Shown: positions 57,083 through 60,576 of the stretch, in pieces
Layout of the letters: every line of letters starts with the position of its first letter
Position numbering within the stretch: the stretch's first letter is position 1
NCBI GenBank assembly: GCA_021786105.1
Contig: JAJYNW010000016.1
Coordinates: forward strand, 1-60,576
DNA length: 60,576 bases
Reading direction: 5' to 3'
Source: a bacterium
Lineage (GTDB): Bacteria > Patescibacteriota > Microgenomatia > Daviesbacterales > UBA10151
Program-made: the position numbers and the translations under genes
Notes under the pieces: generated by a model
The model's input: the letters and a program-made list of their open reading frames with translations, nothing else
Database searches by the model: none
Told to the model about the DNA's origin: nothing

Positions 57083-57337
57083 CTAAACTACAGGTGCTCC
57101 TCCGCCTTGTTCACCGGTTCCGCTTTCGGATCCAGTTGGTGGGGTAGGCATACCCGGATTGCTCTCAGCTGCAGGTGCTGCCGGAGCAGGCATTCCCTGA
57201 TCGCTAGCAACTGGTGCTGCTGGCATTCCCATTGCTGGTTCGGGTGCAGGCGGAACGACTGGTTCTGGTTGAACCGGACTCGGATTAGCATTTGGGTCAG
57301 CTGGATTAGGATTACCTGGGTTATTCTGATTGTCCAT
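57083..57337 (-). CDS. 84-aa Pro/Ala-rich low-complexity protein
   Basis: MDNQNNPGNPNPADP...; SD GAAAGGGGGTGA upstream. Confidence 0.7.
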   Translation of the reverse strand: MDNQNNPGNPNPADPNANPSPVQPEPVVPPAPEPAMGMPAAPVASDQGMPAPAAPAAESNPGMPTPPTGSESGTGEQGGGAPVV

Positions 57338-57513
57338 AAATTAATTTCACCCCCTTTCGACACTAGTGTATCTTGTCACCAGTTGCGCGGTCAAGAGTCT
57401 ATTGTTTCATAAAATACCCAGCACTTTAGTGCGGGGTTACAAATGAAACAAGAACTTTCGTTTACGATACCTCGCATCTTGATGTGAGGTAGTTCATTAG
57501 GTACACTAAAAGC

Positions 57514-58587
57514 ATGCCCTCAAAACAAGTTTTACAAAGAGGCAGATCTGTCCATAAGAATAGCTGGAAGGTTGCTCAATCAAAAGCCAGAATCAAAAGA
57601 AGAAGCAAAATTGCCCTGGGAATTTTAGCAATTATTATTGGTCTGTTGATTTTATCGTGGGTAATCCGTTTTACCCACAGCCTATTTACCCCATGGAAGT
57701 TATCAGAAAAGCATCCCAGAAACTATATGTGGAATGGAGAACTTAATATAAATTTACTTGTCCGCACCTCAACCATTTCTTTGTTTTCTTATAATCCTAA
57801 GGAAGAAAAGATTGAGATTGTTGATATTCCTGACGAAACCTTTCTCGAGGTGCCTGCCGGGTTTGGCTCATGGCAGCTCCGTTCTGTTTATGGGCTGGGC
57901 CAAACCCAAAAAGATTTGGGAGGAGATAAGCTGTTAATTGATACCCTGACATCCTTTTTTGCCCTCCCGATTGACGGCTATTTGGATTTAAGTTCTCTGC
58001 CGGGACAAAAAACTCCTACCGAAGTTATCGAAGAGCTCCGTCAAAGTCCGATTTCTGGACTTAAATTCTTGTCTGTTTTAAAGACCGATCTAACCCCTTT
58101 GGAATTGTTGAGGCTTAAATTCAGTCTTAGCTCTGTTAGATTTGACAAGGTTTATAAAACTGATCTGTTGAAGCTTAATGTGTTGGATAAAGAAAGCTTG
58201 CCCGACGGAACAGAAGTATACCGGACAGATCCGGTGAAGCTGGATAGCGCTTTGTCGGATTTAGTAGATCCGGCAATCGTGTTGGAGCACAAAACTATTG
58301 CTGTTTTTAATGCCACGGATCAACCGCAACTTGCTGGCAAATGGGCCAGGTTAATTACCAATTTGGGCGGTAATGTTATTATTACTTCTAATGCCAAAGC
58401 CAGGCTTTCAAAAACGCAGGTGTTAGGCGAACAGTCACTGACTTTAAGGAGATTGCAGCAGGTTTTTGGTAATTTGGATTGTCAAAACAACCCAAAATGT
58501 GATAAAATAAGCACGCTCAAGGAGGACCTAAATTCTTCCCGTGCGCAAATAAATGTGTTTGTGGGGGAAGATTTTGTTAATAGATGA
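57514..58587 (+). CDS. LCP (LytR-CpsA-Psr)-like protein with LytR_C domain, degenerate active site
   Basis: TM, IVDIPDET (canonical SIPRD), IAVFNAT..LAGK, VFVGEDF. Confidence 0.8.
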   Translation: MPSKQVLQRGRSVHKNSWKVAQSKARIKRRSKIALGILAIIIGLLILSWVIRFTHSLFTPWKLSEKHPRNYMWNGELNINLLVRTSTISLFSYNPKEEKIEIVDIPDETFLEVPAGFGSWQLRSVYGLGQTQKDLGGDKLLIDTLTSFFALPIDGYLDLSSLPGQKTPTEVIEELRQSPISGLKFLSVLKTDLTPLELLRLKFSLSSVRFDKVYKTDLLKLNVLDKESLPDGTEVYRTDPVKLDSALSDLVDPAIVLEHKTIAVFNATDQPQLAGKWARLITNLGGNVIITSNAKARLSKTQVLGEQSLTLRRLQQVFGNLDCQNNPKCDKISTLKEDLNSSRAQINVFVGEDFVNR

Positions 58588-59273
58588 TTTTGTGGCTGGC
58601 GCTTTTTGTGCTGGTGATTGCAATTTCGTTTGTTCTGGCATTGCAGTCAATGAGAGATTATCAGGAAATTCCTCAAAAGCCTAAAGAAGAGTATGGCTTA
58701 TTTTTGATACGCAGATTGGATAATTTTAATCCTGTAATTTTAGAATCCATCCTAAAACAAGTTTTTGCCAAAAACCTTATTATCAGTATCGAAAGGTTAT
58801 TTAAAGGTAACCAAACCGCTCTGACTATCTTTGGTTCAAAAACGATTCTGCAAAGGTTTAACAATGATCTGGATTTTTTAGAGTTAGAAGATTATGCTTT
58901 AAACTTAGACAGCAAGGATGTATCTGTTTGGGAGATGGGGGTGCGGGATGCTGATAAATTTAATGAGGATAATCTAGGTGACATTTTTCATAATTTTCCT
59001 AAACTGGAAGATGAGGATCAATTTTTTTGGCAGGTGGTGGTAGGTAAAGAGCGGGCACAAATCCGGGCCGCACTTTATTCCAAAAAACCGGCCAGAAGAA
59101 AAGTTTTGGCACCTGTATTGCAAAATTTAACTTTAGGTACATTGATTAAAGTTCCCAAGCCTTTTTCTATCGAGCAAATGATGGGGTTTTACCGCAGCCG
59201 GAGTTTGGGTAAAGACAGTAAAGCGCCAGATTTGGATTCTGCAGGAGTGATGCGTCTTTTAAAATTTTCCTAA
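58584..59273 (+). CDS. Hypothetical N-terminally anchored membrane protein
   Basis: MILWLALFVLVIAISFVLAL; overlaps the upstream stop. Confidence 0.6.
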   Translation: MILWLALFVLVIAISFVLALQSMRDYQEIPQKPKEEYGLFLIRRLDNFNPVILESILKQVFAKNLIISIERLFKGNQTALTIFGSKTILQRFNNDLDFLELEDYALNLDSKDVSVWEMGVRDADKFNEDNLGDIFHNFPKLEDEDQFFWQVVVGKERAQIRAALYSKKPARRKVLAPVLQNLTLGTLIKVPKPFSIEQMMGFYRSRSLGKDSKAPDLDSAGVMRLLKFS

Positions 59274-59286
59274 TCCGTAAGCTGGA

Positions 59287-60018
59287 TTAGACTTCCTGCT
59301 CTTCCTCAGCTTCGTCCGTTTCCTCTTCAGAGCCTGACCCGTCATATGAAGTTAAAATGTTGGTGGTGCCTGAATCTTTTGAGTATTCCAAAAATGACGG
59401 CTGGTTTTTAAATTTTTTGCTTCGAAAAACCTCTTTAATTATTATGGCTAAACTGTTAACCCGGACTGATTTGACAAAGAGTTCATACTTATTGCCGCCT
59501 TTAAACAATCGGATTAGGTGGTGGTTGACATCGTCCGGTAAAACTCCCAAATAATTACCGTTTGCGTCAACAATAGTGATTTTTCTGTTTTTAACAGTCA
59601 TTTCCACTTTCATCCCGCAAAAAGCGTGAGATAGTTTTTGAGGTTCGGCTACCTTTAACAAGTTAACGATTTTGGTTTTACCGGGTTCTTGTAAAAACAA
59701 AGAGGGGGAAAGCCGGCTCTGATTGCAGGGAATAGTAGGTTGGCCATTGGCTTTAAAAGATTTTATAATCTTTAAATTTTTTTGAGCGATTGGGTTGTAA
59801 GGATCAATTTTCAAAACTTCCGAGTAATACTTTTTAGCCAGGTTTGGTTTGCCAAGTTCCATGTAAGCTTTGGCCTGGCGGTTTAGGGCATCAATATTCT
59901 GCGGATCCAGCTTGATTATTTGCTTATTGATTGCCAAAGCCTCTTCCCACTTGGAATCTAAGGCTGCGTCAATTGCTTGCTGGTAAAGACTGGAAGTATC
60001 AGAGGTGGTGGGGTCCAT
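59287..60018 (-). CDS. TPR-repeat protein with acidic tail
   Basis: WEEALAINKQIIKLDPQNIDALNRQAKAY...KYYSEVLKIDPYNPIA. Confidence 0.85.
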   Translation of the reverse strand: MDPTTSDTSSLYQQAIDAALDSKWEEALAINKQIIKLDPQNIDALNRQAKAYMELGKPNLAKKYYSEVLKIDPYNPIAQKNLKIIKSFKANGQPTIPCNQSRLSPSLFLQEPGKTKIVNLLKVAEPQKLSHAFCGMKVEMTVKNRKITIVDANGNYLGVLPDDVNHHLIRLFKGGNKYELFVKSVRVNSLAIIIKEVFRSKKFKNQPSFLEYSKDSGTTNILTSYDGSGSEEETDEAEEEQEV

Positions 60019-60090
60019 CTAAGTGAAGAAGTATAGATAGAAAGTATATTGATTGTCAATGGTCCGGATTTTCTAAGGATTTCATCCAAT

Positions 60091-60135
60091 TTCACCCTAG
60101 GAGTGGAATTAGGTTTGCACCCCAGGAGGTTAGAG
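60091..60135. repeat. REP-like palindromes downstream of the RAYT-like gene
   Basis: caccctaggagtg (60093-60105), caccccaggaggtt (60118-60131). Confidence 0.6.
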
Positions 60136-60181
60136 GTTAGTGCATTAGTAAGCTCAGAATTTCAGCTCCAGGAATGTTAAT

Positions 60182-60422
60182 TTAATCATCAATCACTAAA
60201 TCCTTAATAAAAGCTAATTTTCTTTGGTAATCAACCTGATCTGCAACAAATTTCATATATTTTTCCCTTGTTCCAAACATTTTTAAAAGAAAATCCGAAT
60301 TGATAAATGCAGTTTGCTCACCGGCACCGCTAGCATATGCGGGAAAAGAGGTCCACTCAAAAGTGGCTAATTTATCAAATTTAATCATGTATGCAGTGAC
60401 CGGATTTAAATGAACATAATTA
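60182..60422 (-). pseudogene. 3' fragment of a REP-associated (RAYT-like) Y1 tyrosine transposase
   Basis: NYVHLNP...FEWTSFPAY...YMKFV; upstream frame turns into unrelated sequence and hits a stop near 60545. Confidence 0.75.
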
Positions 60423-60576
60423 ACCGCTGGTAACTCCGCCCTTTTAGGGGGGGCGGAAAGCGGTAAGCACAAAACTGGTAGGGTAAAATATCTAGGTGGG
60501 ATTAAAAAAGTACAATCATTCAGTTGGTGAGTATATCTATCACTTTACCTTCATACCAAAATATCGAAAGAGAAGG
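60423..60576 (+). mobile_element. tnpA: Left end of an IS200/IS605 element with start of tnpA (GTG 60496, runs off the window)
   Basis: Hairpin accgct..ccgccc-ttttagggg-gggcgg..agcggt; MGLKKYNHSVGEYIYHFTFIPKYRKRR matches the TnpA N-terminal H-x-x-x-x-x-x-YH...PKYR pattern. Confidence 0.85.

Noticed and set aside
60423-60472. N-terminus MCLPLSAPPKRAELPAV of the last ORF
   Set aside because: It is the antisense reading of the IS hairpin, not part of the transposase.

Overview
60.6 kb of chromosome from a reduced-genome bacterium using code 11. Gene content and style suggest CPR/Patescibacteria, probably Microgenomates; this is my inference and was not checked against a database. Housekeeping genes (ychF, rpsF-ssb-rpsR, ctpA-htrA, rpmE-prfA-prmC, hisS, dnaB, pepN, efp, galU, tgt, tRNA-Leu(CAA)) alternate with accessory blocks. 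These are a Fic cassette, a Phd-RelE pair, a GT9/GT4/GmhA glycan cluster, a histidine phosphatase-ATP-grasp fusion, a 41.5-49.6 kb block of surface, regulatory and orphan enzyme genes, tandem GAF histidine kinases, and a RAYT-like gene cut by an IS200/IS605 element at the right edge. There is no rRNA, CRISPR array or prophage. The strongest leads lie outside the ORF track: (1) a wHTH+Cas2-like (PaaX-type) ORF bracketed exactly by perfect 25-bp direct repeats; (2) several small repeat families inserted in frame in unrelated proteins, putting the same 12-aa peptide in PepN and a P-loop kinase; (3) a His-type T-box leader on a minimal hisE-hisG-hisS operon; (4) two copies of an unexplained 145-nt structured element with covarying terminal stems; (5) a decayed duplicate of the ychF 3' end flanking the Fic gene. 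All coordinates and identity counts were read by hand and should be rechecked computationally.
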